Origin: an uncultured Candidatus Saccharibacteria bacterium
GTDB taxonomy: Bacteria > Patescibacteriota > Minisyncoccia > Phycocordibacterales > UBA9973
Reading direction: 5' to 3'
DNA: 64,000 nt
NCBI GenBank assembly: GCA_964482735.1
Contig: CAYZYV010000003.1
Coordinates: 63,097-127,096, forward strand
The stretch's first letter is position 1; each line of letters begins with the position of its first letter. A model generated the notes under the pieces. It made no database searches. It saw nothing but the letters and a program-made list of their open reading frames with translations, and had not been told where the DNA came from. The position numbers and the translations under genes were made by a program. Of this stretch, positions 39,157-49,380 are shown piece after piece.

Positions 39157-41316
39157 ATGTCCAAAAACATTTTCAAACTTAAGAGTTCATATTCTCCGGC
39201 TGGAGATCAGCCGAAAGCTATTTCAGAGTTACTCAGTGGTCTAAATAGGGGGATGGAAAAGCAAACTTTATTAGGGGCAACAGGAACAGGTAAGACTTTT
39301 ACCGTAGCAAATGTAATAGAAAAATGGAATAAACCAGTTTTGGTCATTGCACACAACAAAACTCTTGCAGCCCAACTCGCTCAAGAATTTAAAGAATTTT
39401 TTCCAGATGCAGCAGTTCACTATTTCGTTTCCTATTATGATTATTATCAACCGGAGGCGTATATGCCAATATCAGATACATATATAGAGAAAGATGCCCA
39501 GATTAATAAAGAGATAGATCGTTTAAGACATGCCACAACCCAATCTCTCTTAACAAGAAAAGATGTGATTATTGTGGCTTCTGTGTCTTGTATTTACGGG
39601 CTTGGTTCTCCTTCGGAATATGAGAAGGTAAATTTAAGATTAGAAAAAGGAATGACTTTGGATCGATTAGGATTAATGCGAAAGCTTATTGAGATTCATT
39701 TTGAAAGAACTAATGCAGATTTAAATCCAGGTTCTTTTAGATCTATTGGTTCAAAAGTAGAGATAATGCCTGTTTCAGATAATTTTATTTTTCAAGTTGA
39801 ATTTTCTGGTAATAAAATTTCAAAAATATCAAAAGTGGACCCTGTTTCTTCAAAAGTTTTGGATGAACCAGAAAACATTTTTGTCTTTCCAGCAAAGCAT
39901 TTTATAACAGAGAAAAAACAAGTTGAGATTGCTATTAAAGACATTAAAAAAGAGTTAAATGATCAGGTTAAAAAATTTGAAAAAAAAGGAAAACTTTTAG
40001 AGGCTGAAAGAATAAAAAGGCGTACTAACTACGACTTGGCAATGATTAGAGAAGTAGGTTATTGTAATGGAATTGAAAACTATTCTCGGCATTTGTCTGG
40101 CAAGAAAGAAGGAGAACCTCCTGAGACACTCCTTTCCTATTTCAAAGAAGATTTTTTAACTGTAATAGATGAATCACATGTTAGTTTACCTCAGCTTCAA
40201 GGTATGTATAGGGGTGACGCTTCGAGAAAAAATACCTTGGTGGAATATGGTTTTAGGTTACCATCTGCTAAAGATAATCGGCCTCTAAAATATCCTGAAT
40301 TTGAAGAAAGGGTTGGCCAGGTAATATATGTATCTGCTACTCCAAGCGACGAAGAAAAGAAATCGAGTGGTCAAATAGTAGAGCAAATCATTCGCCCAAC
40401 AGGCCTTGTGGATCCAGAGGTTATCGTAAGACCTGTGAGTGCAGGTAAAGATTTTTCAGCCAAATCATCAGTAGATGATCGCTCGACTCATTTGAGTACA
40501 AATGAGTCGAGGGGACAAATACAAGATTTTATCTTAGAGGCAGAAGAAACAATTAAAAAAGGTTATCGTGTTTTAGCAACTACTCTTACTAAAAAAATGG
40601 CAGAAGACCTGTCTAACTATTTAAAAGAAAAAGGATTAAAAGCCGAATATCTACACAGTGAGATTAAAACAATAGAGAGGATTCAAGTCTTAACCTCATT
40701 TAGAAAAGGTGATATAGACATTTTGGTTGGAGTAAACCTGCTTAGAGAAGGTTTGGATTTGCCAGAAGTGGCATTGATAGGGATATTAGATGCAGATAAA
40801 GAAGGTTTTTTAAGATCGGAAACTTCTTTAATTCAAACCATAGGACGAGCAGCAAGAAATGCCGAGGGGCGAGTGATTCTGTATGCTGATGAAATGACGA
40901 AGTCGCTTAGTAAGGCAATAGAAGAAACAAATCGTCGTAGATCTATCCAGTTGGACTATAATAAGAAAAATAACATTACCCCAAAAACTATAATTAAAAA
41001 TATAAAAGATATCACAGACGATCTCGAAAATAAACACGAAAAAGTTGTAAACGCAGAACTTGGTTTTGATTTAGAGTTATTTAAAAAAGCTTTTGATAAA
41101 AGCAAGTCAAACCTAGATAAAACTGAAACTGAAAGCTTGAGAAATTTAAAAATTTCTGACGAAGAAAGAAGTCTAAAAGTCTTTGAGAAGATTATTAAGA
41201 TAAAAGAGAAGGAAATGAATCGAGCTGTAAAAAATTTAGATTTTGAAACAGCAGCTATTTTGAGAGATGAAATAATCAGTCTAAGGGGTTTATTAGGAGA
41301 AAAAAACAATAAATGA
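39157..41316 (+). CDS. uvrB: Excinuclease ABC subunit B
   Basis: GATGTGKT, SYYDYYQPEAY, DESH, QTIGRAARN, C-terminal UVR domain. Confidence 0.98.
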   Translation: MSKNIFKLKSSYSPAGDQPKAISELLSGLNRGMEKQTLLGATGTGKTFTVANVIEKWNKPVLVIAHNKTLAAQLAQEFKEFFPDAAVHYFVSYYDYYQPEAYMPISDTYIEKDAQINKEIDRLRHATTQSLLTRKDVIIVASVSCIYGLGSPSEYEKVNLRLEKGMTLDRLGLMRKLIEIHFERTNADLNPGSFRSIGSKVEIMPVSDNFIFQVEFSGNKISKISKVDPVSSKVLDEPENIFVFPAKHFITEKKQVEIAIKDIKKELNDQVKKFEKKGKLLEAERIKRRTNYDLAMIREVGYCNGIENYSRHLSGKKEGEPPETLLSYFKEDFLTVIDESHVSLPQLQGMYRGDASRKNTLVEYGFRLPSAKDNRPLKYPEFEERVGQVIYVSATPSDEEKKSSGQIVEQIIRPTGLVDPEVIVRPVSAGKDFSAKSSVDDRSTHLSTNESRGQIQDFILEAEETIKKGYRVLATTLTKKMAEDLSNYLKEKGLKAEYLHSEIKTIERIQVLTSFRKGDIDILVGVNLLREGLDLPEVALIGILDADKEGFLRSETSLIQTIGRAARNAEGRVILYADEMTKSLSKAIEETNRRRSIQLDYNKKNNITPKTIIKNIKDITDDLENKHEKVVNAELGFDLELFKKAFDKSKSNLDKTETESLRNLKISDEERSLKVFEKIIKIKEKEMNRAVKNLDFETAAILRDEIISLRGLLGEKNNK

Positions 41317-41328
41317 TATAATAATTTT

Positions 41329-42180
41329 ATGGATAAGGACTATTTTGAAACAACAAAAAAGAGTTTATTTGTAACTCTTTCTTTGGTGGTTTTAGTTGTT
41401 TTGATCGCTTTAATTTTTAGTGGACAAAAAGAAGCAAGAATTCCAAAAGTGATTACCAACAAACCACTTATCTCAGAAGAAGAAAATGTAGTACTAGGGA
41501 CGTTTGAGACCAGATCAATAAAAAAAACCGATAGATATGTTAATTTCGATATAAAATATCCTTATTTCTTTTATGCTAGCCCAGAATTTAATACAGAAAT
41601 TAAAGATTTCTTAGAAACCCAAGCAGATGCTCATAGTGTAAATAGTAAAGAGGCGTGGCTAGCGAGATATAATACAAGAACAGAAGGTGAAAATATATCT
41701 GAATACCCAACAGGCGAGGAAGACAAGTTTTACTTTTTCTCTGATTTTGAGATTGTTCAAAGCAACTCATCTTACATAAGTGTAATTGTTCACTATGGAG
41801 GTTTCAGTGGAGGAGCTCATGGTTATGAGAATAAAGTTTCTTATGCTTACAACCTAATAGATAAAAAAGAAATACAGCTAACTGATTTGTTTATGGGTGA
41901 TCCGGACTATTTGGTTAAAATTTCTGATTATTCTAAGGAGTATTTTAAAACAATACTAGAGAAAAAAGTTAAAGAAAATTTTACCGAAGAAGACGATCCT
42001 CAAGCTGTACAAGATTATGTAAGCAATTCAATGATGATGATAGAAAATGGTACCAAACCATTAGCTGATAATTTTTCTGTCTTTTCATTTACTAAAGACA
42101 AAATAACTGTTTATTTTGGACAATATCAAGTAGGGCCTTATTCAGACGGAATGCAACAAGTCGAAATTTCTAGACAATAA
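41329..42180 (+). CDS. Membrane-anchored DUF3298/DUF4163 (RsiV/PdaC-like) protein
   Basis: N-terminal TM, GGAHG motif, YFGQYQVGPYS. Confidence 0.75.
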   Translation: MDKDYFETTKKSLFVTLSLVVLVVLIALIFSGQKEARIPKVITNKPLISEEENVVLGTFETRSIKKTDRYVNFDIKYPYFFYASPEFNTEIKDFLETQADAHSVNSKEAWLARYNTRTEGENISEYPTGEEDKFYFFSDFEIVQSNSSYISVIVHYGGFSGGAHGYENKVSYAYNLIDKKEIQLTDLFMGDPDYLVKISDYSKEYFKTILEKKVKENFTEEDDPQAVQDYVSNSMMMIENGTKPLADNFSVFSFTKDKITVYFGQYQVGPYSDGMQQVEISRQ

Positions 42181-42282
42181 TTTTTTACATTGCTAAATAA
42201 TTTTAGTGTGTTATTATTGCTTTACATCTAAATAACTTTATACCCCCAGAGTGTGTCAAAATAAGGGGGATTTTGAATTGAT

Positions 42283-45021
42283 ATGAAAAAAAATGAAGCT
42301 GATAAAATAATAGTAAAAGGAGCTAGAACTCACAATCTAAAAAATATAGATGTGGAAATGCCAAGAAATAAGATGGTGGTTATTACTGGTATGTCTGGTA
42401 GTGGAAAGTCTTCTTTGGCTTTCGATACTATTTTTGCTGAGGGGCAGAGGAGGTATGTTGAATCTTTATCTTCTTATGCTCGTCAGTTTTTAAACCAAAT
42501 GCCTAAACCTGACGTGGATGAGATCTCAGGGCTTTCACCAGCTATTTCTATAGACCAAAAGTCTCGTTCAAACAATCCTCGCTCCACTGTTGCTACGATA
42601 ACAGAAATATATGATTACTTGAGAGTCTTGTATTCTAGAATTGGACATCCTCATTGTCCTATTTGTGGAAATGAAATTAAAAAACTTTCTAATGAAGAGA
42701 TAATTAATTTTATTTTGTCCAAGATAAAAACTTTTGAAAAAAATCCCAATAAGAGAAAAATAGTAGGAGTAGAGTGGGACGAGACGCCTGTGACTATACT
42801 TTCTCCTGTAATAAAAGGAAGAAAAGGCGAATATTATCAATTACTTTATGATTTGTTAAATAAAGGTTTTACTGAAATAAGACTAGATGGAGAAACAAAA
42901 AACTTAAGAGAAAGGATAGAAATGTCAAAAACCAAAGTTCACGATATTGATTTAGTGGTTGATAGATTTCAAGTTCATGAGTTTAAAGATAATCCTGGAG
43001 ATGCTAGAATGAGAATATCAGAAGCTGTAGAGAGGGCCTTAATAGAATCAGAGGGGTTGGTTATTGTTGCTTTTGGAAACATTAATTTAGATAAAAAAAC
43101 AAAAAGGGGTTCAAGATATACATCAGAAAATCTATATGAATTTGACGCTTCTTCTGTTGGAGCACCTTTTTCGAATGAAGAATATTTACTGTCTTCAAAA
43201 TTTTCTTGTCCAAGAGATGGTTTTGCTTTCCCTGAAATAGAACCAAGGTTATTTTCTTTTAATTCACCATATGGAGCTTGCCCGAGCTGTAATGGTCTAG
43301 GAACAAAATATTTTGGAGGAACAGAGGCGTGTGATGACTGTCATGGAAAAAGATTACGTCCCGAGGCTCTAAATGTTTTTATCGGAGAAAAGATAGACAA
43401 TAAAAATCTAGGAGCTAAAAAAATAAAAGAAGAAACATTAGGTTTCAAGTCTATGAATATAGTTGATTTGACAGCTCTCACAATTGATCAAGTTGCTGAC
43501 TTTTTTGTTTCATTAGAGCTAACAGATCAAGAAAAAGAAATATCAAGAGTGGTTATTAAAGAAATAGAATCAAGATTACAATTTTTATTAAACGTAGGTT
43601 TAGATTATTTATCATTAGATCGTCGAGCAGGAACTTTGTCCGGTGGGGAATCTCAAAGAATCCGCCTTGCTAGTCAATTGGGATCTAGACTTGTAGGTTC
43701 TCTATATGTTCTAGACGAACCAACAATAGGATTACACCAAAGGGATAATGATAAACTAATAAAAACTTTAAAGTCTCTAAGAGATTTGGGTAATTCAATA
43801 ATTATAGTTGAGCATGATGAAGATACAATTTATGCTTCTGATTATATCGTGGATATAGGTCCAAAAGCGGGTGTCCATGGTGGGGAAGTCATAGTTGCTG
43901 ATTATTTGGAAAAACTATTGGATGCTCCGAAGAATAACTCAATGTCTCGAACGTTGTCTTATTTGAGAGGAGAAGAAAAAATTCCTATACCAGAGAAGAG
44001 AAGAACTGCAGAAAAGGGTTCTATAAAAATAGTTGGAGGAAAAGTTTTTAATATTAAAAACATGAATGTTGAAATACCTTTGGGCAAAATGGTCTGTGTG
44101 ACAGGAGTATCTGGATCAGGAAAGAGTTCTCTTGTCTATGAAATTCTCCATAGGAATTTACAAGCAAGGTATGAGAGAAAACACCGAAGTGCACAAGTCT
44201 TTAATTGTGCCTCATTTTCTGGTACAGAGTATCTTTCTAGAGAAATACTCATAGATCAGTCTCCTATAGGTAGAACTCCGAGGTCTAACATTGCTACTTA
44301 TACAGGAGCTTTCACTTTTATTCGAGATTTATTTTCTAGTACAAATGAAGCTAAATTAAGAGGGTGGGGAGCAAATCGTTTTTCTTTTAATGTAAAAGGA
44401 GGAAGATGTGAGGCTTGTGAAGGTAATGGAGAAGTCGCTGTAGAAATGCACTTCCTTCCAACGGTTTATGTTAAATGTGACGTTTGCGGTGGAAAAAGAT
44501 TTGATAAAGAGACTTTAACTGTAAAGTATAAAAAGAAAAATATACATGATGTTTTAAATATGACCATAGAAGAAGGGTGTAAGTTTTTTGAGGATATTCC
44601 TAGCGTTCACGATAGGCTAAAAACCTTAATGGATGTGGGTTTGGGTTATGTTAAATTAGGTCAATCAGCCACTACTTTGTCTGGAGGAGAAGCTCAGCGA
44701 GTAAAAATTGCATCTGAACTTTATCGTCCTAACTTAGAAAAAACAATATATCTATTGGACGAACCAACTGTTGGATTACATTATGATGATGTGGCCAAGC
44801 TTCTGGAGGTCCTTAACAAATTGGTAGATAAGGGGAATACAGTTCTTCTGATAGAACACAATATGGATATTATAAAGAGTGCTGACTATCTGATAGACAT
44901 TGGCCCAGAAGGTGGTTTTGGAGGTGGAGAAATAGTTGCCAAAGGTACTCCAGAAGAGGTAGCTAATAATAAAAATTCTTACACTGGAAAATATTTATAC
45001 AAGGTTTTAAGACGAAAATAA
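42283..45021 (+). CDS. uvrA: Excinuclease ABC subunit A
   Basis: Two ABC cassettes (GMSGSGKSS, GVSGSGKSS; LSGGE twice), Zn-fingers. Confidence 0.98.
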   Translation: MKKNEADKIIVKGARTHNLKNIDVEMPRNKMVVITGMSGSGKSSLAFDTIFAEGQRRYVESLSSYARQFLNQMPKPDVDEISGLSPAISIDQKSRSNNPRSTVATITEIYDYLRVLYSRIGHPHCPICGNEIKKLSNEEIINFILSKIKTFEKNPNKRKIVGVEWDETPVTILSPVIKGRKGEYYQLLYDLLNKGFTEIRLDGETKNLRERIEMSKTKVHDIDLVVDRFQVHEFKDNPGDARMRISEAVERALIESEGLVIVAFGNINLDKKTKRGSRYTSENLYEFDASSVGAPFSNEEYLLSSKFSCPRDGFAFPEIEPRLFSFNSPYGACPSCNGLGTKYFGGTEACDDCHGKRLRPEALNVFIGEKIDNKNLGAKKIKEETLGFKSMNIVDLTALTIDQVADFFVSLELTDQEKEISRVVIKEIESRLQFLLNVGLDYLSLDRRAGTLSGGESQRIRLASQLGSRLVGSLYVLDEPTIGLHQRDNDKLIKTLKSLRDLGNSIIIVEHDEDTIYASDYIVDIGPKAGVHGGEVIVADYLEKLLDAPKNNSMSRTLSYLRGEEKIPIPEKRRTAEKGSIKIVGGKVFNIKNMNVEIPLGKMVCVTGVSGSGKSSLVYEILHRNLQARYERKHRSAQVFNCASFSGTEYLSREILIDQSPIGRTPRSNIATYTGAFTFIRDLFSSTNEAKLRGWGANRFSFNVKGGRCEACEGNGEVAVEMHFLPTVYVKCDVCGGKRFDKETLTVKYKKKNIHDVLNMTIEEGCKFFEDIPSVHDRLKTLMDVGLGYVKLGQSATTLSGGEAQRVKIASELYRPNLEKTIYLLDEPTVGLHYDDVAKLLEVLNKLVDKGNTVLLIEHNMDIIKSADYLIDIGPEGGFGGGEIVAKGTPEEVANNKNSYTGKYLYKVLRRK

Positions 45022-45024
45022 AAT

Positions 45025-46305
45025 ATGAAAAAGTCAGATTTAAAAAAGTTTAAATTACCTCAAAAACCAGGTGTTTACTTTTTTACAAAAAGTAACTCTT
45101 CTATGAGTAAATCTTCTATGAAAAAGGAAGATGTTTTGTATATTGGCAAGGCGACTAATTTGTCTGATAGAGTCAAAAGTTATTTCTCAAGTGATTTAAT
45201 CAATACTAGAGGCCCTATGATATTAGACATGGTCACACAGTCCAAGTTCATTAAATATCAAGAAACAGATAGTGTTTTAGAGGCTTTGATATTGGAGGCT
45301 AGCTTAATCAAAAAATATCAACCAAAATACAATACAAAAGAGAAAGACAATAAAAGCTTTAACTATGTTTGTATTACCAATGAAGACATACCAAAAGTTT
45401 TGATTAAAAGGGGAAGAAATTTAAAGATGATCCAAGAAAAAGAGTTGCCTGTTTGTAATAATTTTCCTCACTCTATATACCAAAAAACTTTTGGTCCGTT
45501 TCCGAGTGGAACGCAACTAAAAGAGGCGATGAAAATTATTCGTCGTATTTTTCCATATGTAGATGAACAGTCTATTAAGAAAAATAATTCAGAGTTTTAT
45601 TTACAATTAGGTTTATCTCCTAATATAAAAAACAGAGAAATTGATAAGATTAGTTATCACAAGAATATAAAAAATTTAATCCTGTTTTTTCAAGGTAAGA
45701 AAAAAGATATTATAAAAAATCTTAAAAAAGAGATGATGGTTTTTGCAAAAAATAGAGAATTTGAAAGGGCTAATGAAATAAAAAAGAAGATTTTTGCACT
45801 TAACCACATAAACGATATTGCTTTAATTAAAAGTGATACAGCTGACGAGCATTCATCAAATTACAGGATAGAAGCTTATGATGTGGCACACATGTCCGGT
45901 AAAAATATGGTCGGGGTTATGGTTGTGATAGAGAACCAAGAATTGAACAAAAAAGAATATAAGAAATTTATAATCAAAACAGTAGATACTGTAAATGATC
46001 CTAAGGCTCTAGCTGAAATTTTGGGCAGAAGATTTTCTCATAATGAATGGAGGAAACCAGACTTAATCGTTGTAGACGGTGGAGTGATTCAAGTGAATGC
46101 CGCAAAAAATGTCTTATCAAAATTAAAAATTAAAATACCAGTTGTTTCAGTATTAAAAGATGAAAGACACAAAGCAAAGGCTATTTTAGGAGATAATAAA
46201 ATTATTGAAAAAAATAAGAAAAATATCCTTTTAGCCAATGCTGAATCTCATCGTTTTGCTATAGCTTTTCATAAGAAAAAAAGGGAACAGAAATTCTTGA
46301 TCTAA
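45025..46305 (+). CDS. uvrC: Excinuclease ABC subunit C-like protein, short form lacking the HhH tail
   Basis: GIY-YIG (PGVY...YIGKA), UVR domain, RNase H-like IEAYDVAH and PDLIVVDGG. Confidence 0.88.
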   Translation: MKKSDLKKFKLPQKPGVYFFTKSNSSMSKSSMKKEDVLYIGKATNLSDRVKSYFSSDLINTRGPMILDMVTQSKFIKYQETDSVLEALILEASLIKKYQPKYNTKEKDNKSFNYVCITNEDIPKVLIKRGRNLKMIQEKELPVCNNFPHSIYQKTFGPFPSGTQLKEAMKIIRRIFPYVDEQSIKKNNSEFYLQLGLSPNIKNREIDKISYHKNIKNLILFFQGKKKDIIKNLKKEMMVFAKNREFERANEIKKKIFALNHINDIALIKSDTADEHSSNYRIEAYDVAHMSGKNMVGVMVVIENQELNKKEYKKFIIKTVDTVNDPKALAEILGRRFSHNEWRKPDLIVVDGGVIQVNAAKNVLSKLKIKIPVVSVLKDERHKAKAILGDNKIIEKNKKNILLANAESHRFAIAFHKKKREQKFLI

Positions 46306-46340
46306 TCCCTTCCTTTAAATAATTATGTTATAATACAGTT

Positions 46341-47336
46341 ATGTTAAGAATTGGCGTATTAAGAGGTGGAGCAGATGAGAGATACAAAGCTTCCATTGAT
46401 AATGGAGCCAATATTTTGGGGTGTTTAAGGGGGGAAACATTGTCTCAAAAATATAAAGCGGTAGATATTTTTATAGACGAGGACGGAATCTGGCATATCA
46501 ACGGTATCCCCGTCACTATGGCTACAGTTAAAGAAAAAGTGGATTTAGTTATAAATGCTTTGCTTGGTAAGTATGCAGAAAACGGAAAAATACAAGAGAG
46601 GTTAGAAGAATATAATATCCCTTACACTAGCTCCGATTCAAAATCTTCATTTGTTTGTCACAATAAAGTATTAACAAAAGAAGAGTTTAAGAAATTAGGA
46701 ATCAAGACCCCAAACTTTATTTATTTTAAGTCATACAAAGAAGGGGAGATAGATAAAAATAGATATGCTACGAACAGAGCTCGATCTGTTTGGGAAAAAA
46801 TGTCTCCACCTTGGATAATAAAGCCGGTCACTAATGGTTCTTCTGTTGGTGTTGTTTTATGTAAAACTTTTAATGACCTCACAGAAGCGATCAAAAAAAT
46901 AGCTGACACGGAAGATGAAGTTCTTGTTGAAGAATACATTCGAGGTAAAGAAGCTACGGTTGGCGTAATAAATAACTTTAGGAGAAAAGAAATATACACA
47001 TTACCACCGGTAGAAATAAGATTAAATCCTGGAGAAAGTATTTTTGGCTATAAAGAAAAAAGAGACAATCTTGCACAAATAATATGCCCGGGTACTTTTT
47101 CGTCTAAAGAAAAAGAAGAGATGGAGAGAATTGCCGCTCTCGTGCACAAATCTTTTGGTCTAACGTTTTATTCAAAAATAGACTTTATTGTTCACCCACA
47201 AAAAGGAATATATGCATTAGAAGTAAATTCACAATCTGAATTTATGGAAAAATCTCAAATACCTGTTGCTCTTGAAGCTGTCGGCTCTAGTTTAGAAGAA
47301 TTTATAGATCATTTAATAAAGGAAGCTATAAAATAA
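46341..47336 (+). CDS. D-Ala-D-Ala ligase-like ATP-grasp protein with divergent active site
   Basis: IGVLRGG, KPVTNGSSVG, EEYIRGKE, LEVN. Confidence 0.8.
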   Translation: MLRIGVLRGGADERYKASIDNGANILGCLRGETLSQKYKAVDIFIDEDGIWHINGIPVTMATVKEKVDLVINALLGKYAENGKIQERLEEYNIPYTSSDSKSSFVCHNKVLTKEEFKKLGIKTPNFIYFKSYKEGEIDKNRYATNRARSVWEKMSPPWIIKPVTNGSSVGVVLCKTFNDLTEAIKKIADTEDEVLVEEYIRGKEATVGVINNFRRKEIYTLPPVEIRLNPGESIFGYKEKRDNLAQIICPGTFSSKEKEEMERIAALVHKSFGLTFYSKIDFIVHPQKGIYALEVNSQSEFMEKSQIPVALEAVGSSLEEFIDHLIKEAIK

Positions 47337-47366
47337 AAAATCCCGCAATTCGCGGGATTTTTTATT
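47332..47366. terminator. Bidirectional terminator
   Basis: aataaaaaatcccgc-aattc-gcgggattttttatt. Confidence 0.85.
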
Positions 47367-47993
47367 TTACTTTTTTCTAAACAAATCAACCACATAGAAC
47401 ATATATTTTGTTCCATTTTTTGAAAGGTTAAATAGAATTGCAACAGTGTAGAAGAATATAGCTATCTTTGTGCTATAGAAAGAAACAGCAATTGCTATAA
47501 GCGCAGAAATAACAGGTACGAGTATGTGAGCCATTGCATGTTCGTTTTCTATTTTTGTGTAGGGCATATTTTCTATTGTATTTGATTTGATCGCATATCT
47601 TCTCATTTTATACAAAGATAAACCTATCATTATAATGTTTAAGGCGAAAAATATCACTGCTGTTTTTGAGTACATGTATTTACCGAGAAGGTGAGAAGAA
47701 AACGGAACTAGCGCAACAAAAAAGAAAAAGAATCCGTTAATGTTTGAGAATGGTATATCTATATTTTTTGCAAAAACTGAGGCGGTTAAGTGGTGGGATC
47801 TCCAGTATGTGAATAATAAAGAAAAACTCAATATATAACTTATAAGAATAGGGTACATCCCCATTAAATAATTTATTAGAGTGTGCTCGTTTATAATGCC
47901 GACATATTCAGGAACTCTAATTTCAAAAATTAAAACGGTCATCACGATTGCGAAGATGCCGTCTGAAAGCTGGTCTAATCTTTGTTGTTTCAT
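47367..47993 (-). CDS. TMEM175-family (DUF1211) potassium channel-like protein
   Basis: RLDQLSDGIFAIVMT, YWRSHH, multiple TM helices. Confidence 0.85.
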   Translation of the reverse strand: MKQQRLDQLSDGIFAIVMTVLIFEIRVPEYVGIINEHTLINYLMGMYPILISYILSFSLLFTYWRSHHLTASVFAKNIDIPFSNINGFFFFFVALVPFSSHLLGKYMYSKTAVIFFALNIIMIGLSLYKMRRYAIKSNTIENMPYTKIENEHAMAHILVPVISALIAIAVSFYSTKIAIFFYTVAILFNLSKNGTKYMFYVVDLFRKK

Positions 47994-48134
47994 TTCTATA
48001 TTATAACAATTAAACCACAGAATATCCAAACTTGACAATGTACTAAAACTTGTGTTTTGGTGTTTTTTATGATATAATTGCATAGAAATAGTTAATTCAA
48101 ATTAAATAAACAAACAAAACAAACAAAAACAGAA

Positions 48135-48911
48135 ATGGAAAACAAAGAGAAAGATCTAGAAAAGATCATGGCTGAGAATCAGCAATTAAGAGTGGAAAAT
48201 GTACAGAGTGCCTTTATGCTAAAAAAATTTAAGTCTCTAGCTAGAGTGTTGGGGCACGATCTTAGATCTCCTATCGCGAGTTCTATTACCTGCCTTGAAC
48301 TTTGCCTAGAAATGTTGCGTGAAGAAAATCTAGCAAATAAGGACGTGATGATGTTCTTAACCATGGCAGCAGAGCAAAATCGTAATCTGCTAGGTTTAGT
48401 TGATAACCTTTTAGTTTGGTCAAGAATGCAGATAGACGGAGTTAAGATAAACCAGGAAAAAATAAACTTGAAAAGCACCTTGGCGGATACAATTTCACCA
48501 TATATGTTTTCTTGTTTGTCAAAAGGTATAAATGTCAGATTTAACGTGGATGATGTTTCTATCATAACAGATAAAAGTATTTTTCAGTTTATCGTTAGAA
48601 ATATTTTCACTAACGCGATGAAATTTACCCCTAAAAATGGCGATATTACTATCGTTGCCAAGAAATACAATGATTGTATTAGCGTGGTAATTAAGGACAA
48701 TGGTATAGGTATGTCGCCGGAAAAAATTAGGAAAATTTTTGAAAGCGTCGGGGAAAGCTCTTCTGGCACAGAAGGAGAAAAAGGAACAGGTCTAGGGTTA
48801 TCTATGTGTCAAGAACTAGCCGAAAAATCAGGCTTTTTGATTTCTGTAGAAAGTGAAGGTGAGGGAAAAGGATCGTCTTTTACGATTTCTCTTCCTAAGC
48901 ATAAAAAATAA
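48135..48911 (+). CDS. Histidine kinase (HisKA + HATPase) lacking a sensor domain
   Basis: HDLRSP, NAMKF, DNGIG, GTGLGL, GKGSSF. Confidence 0.9.
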   Translation: MENKEKDLEKIMAENQQLRVENVQSAFMLKKFKSLARVLGHDLRSPIASSITCLELCLEMLREENLANKDVMMFLTMAAEQNRNLLGLVDNLLVWSRMQIDGVKINQEKINLKSTLADTISPYMFSCLSKGINVRFNVDDVSIITDKSIFQFIVRNIFTNAMKFTPKNGDITIVAKKYNDCISVVIKDNGIGMSPEKIRKIFESVGESSSGTEGEKGTGLGLSMCQELAEKSGFLISVESEGEGKGSSFTISLPKHKK

Positions 48912-48963
48912 ACATAATAAAAAATAGAAAGAGCCGGCAATTAGCCGGCTTTATTATTTTTGT

Positions 48964-49380
48964 AGTCAGGGATATTTTGCTCGTCGCCACTCGCAAAATT
49001 CCACGACCCTGGCTCGTGATTTTGCTTGCTAGCAAAATTATCACTCCGCCTTCCACAGCTAAAAAACAGCATGCAGATGCTGTTTTTCTTAACGCTTGTG
49101 GACCCTACAGGAGTCTCTCCTTCGACTAAAACCTTTTCGTCAAAAAGTTTTGTCTAGGCACCAGCTCGTCTGTTTTTTGAGACAGTTATGGAATGCTTTG
49201 CATGCTAAAACCATGTGTGTCACAAGTCACTAAATATTTTGCTCCAGGTATTCGCAAAATATGTAAGTGCTCGCGACCCCAGCTCGGCAATTTTTCTGCT
49301 GAAAAATTATGCCTGTGCTTTCCACAAGCTAAAAGCCTCCAGCAGTGGAGGCTTTCTTAACGCTTGTGGACCCTACAGGA
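48964..49380 (-). repeat. Two related multi-hairpin units, each abutting a copy of the tRNA-Ala 3' end
   Basis: cttaacgcttgtggaccctacagga at 49088-49112 and 49356-49380; homologous hairpins with compensatory changes. Confidence 0.85.

Noticed and set aside
42243-42269. cccccaga...aggggg upstream of uvrA as another element copy
   Set aside because: Only the C/G tracts and CCCAGA match; no stem, no TACTAC and no target duplication; at most a remnant
45091-45120. 15-bp tandem duplication in uvrC (SNSSM SKSSM)
   Set aside because: Simple in-frame slippage in a loop, with no associated structure
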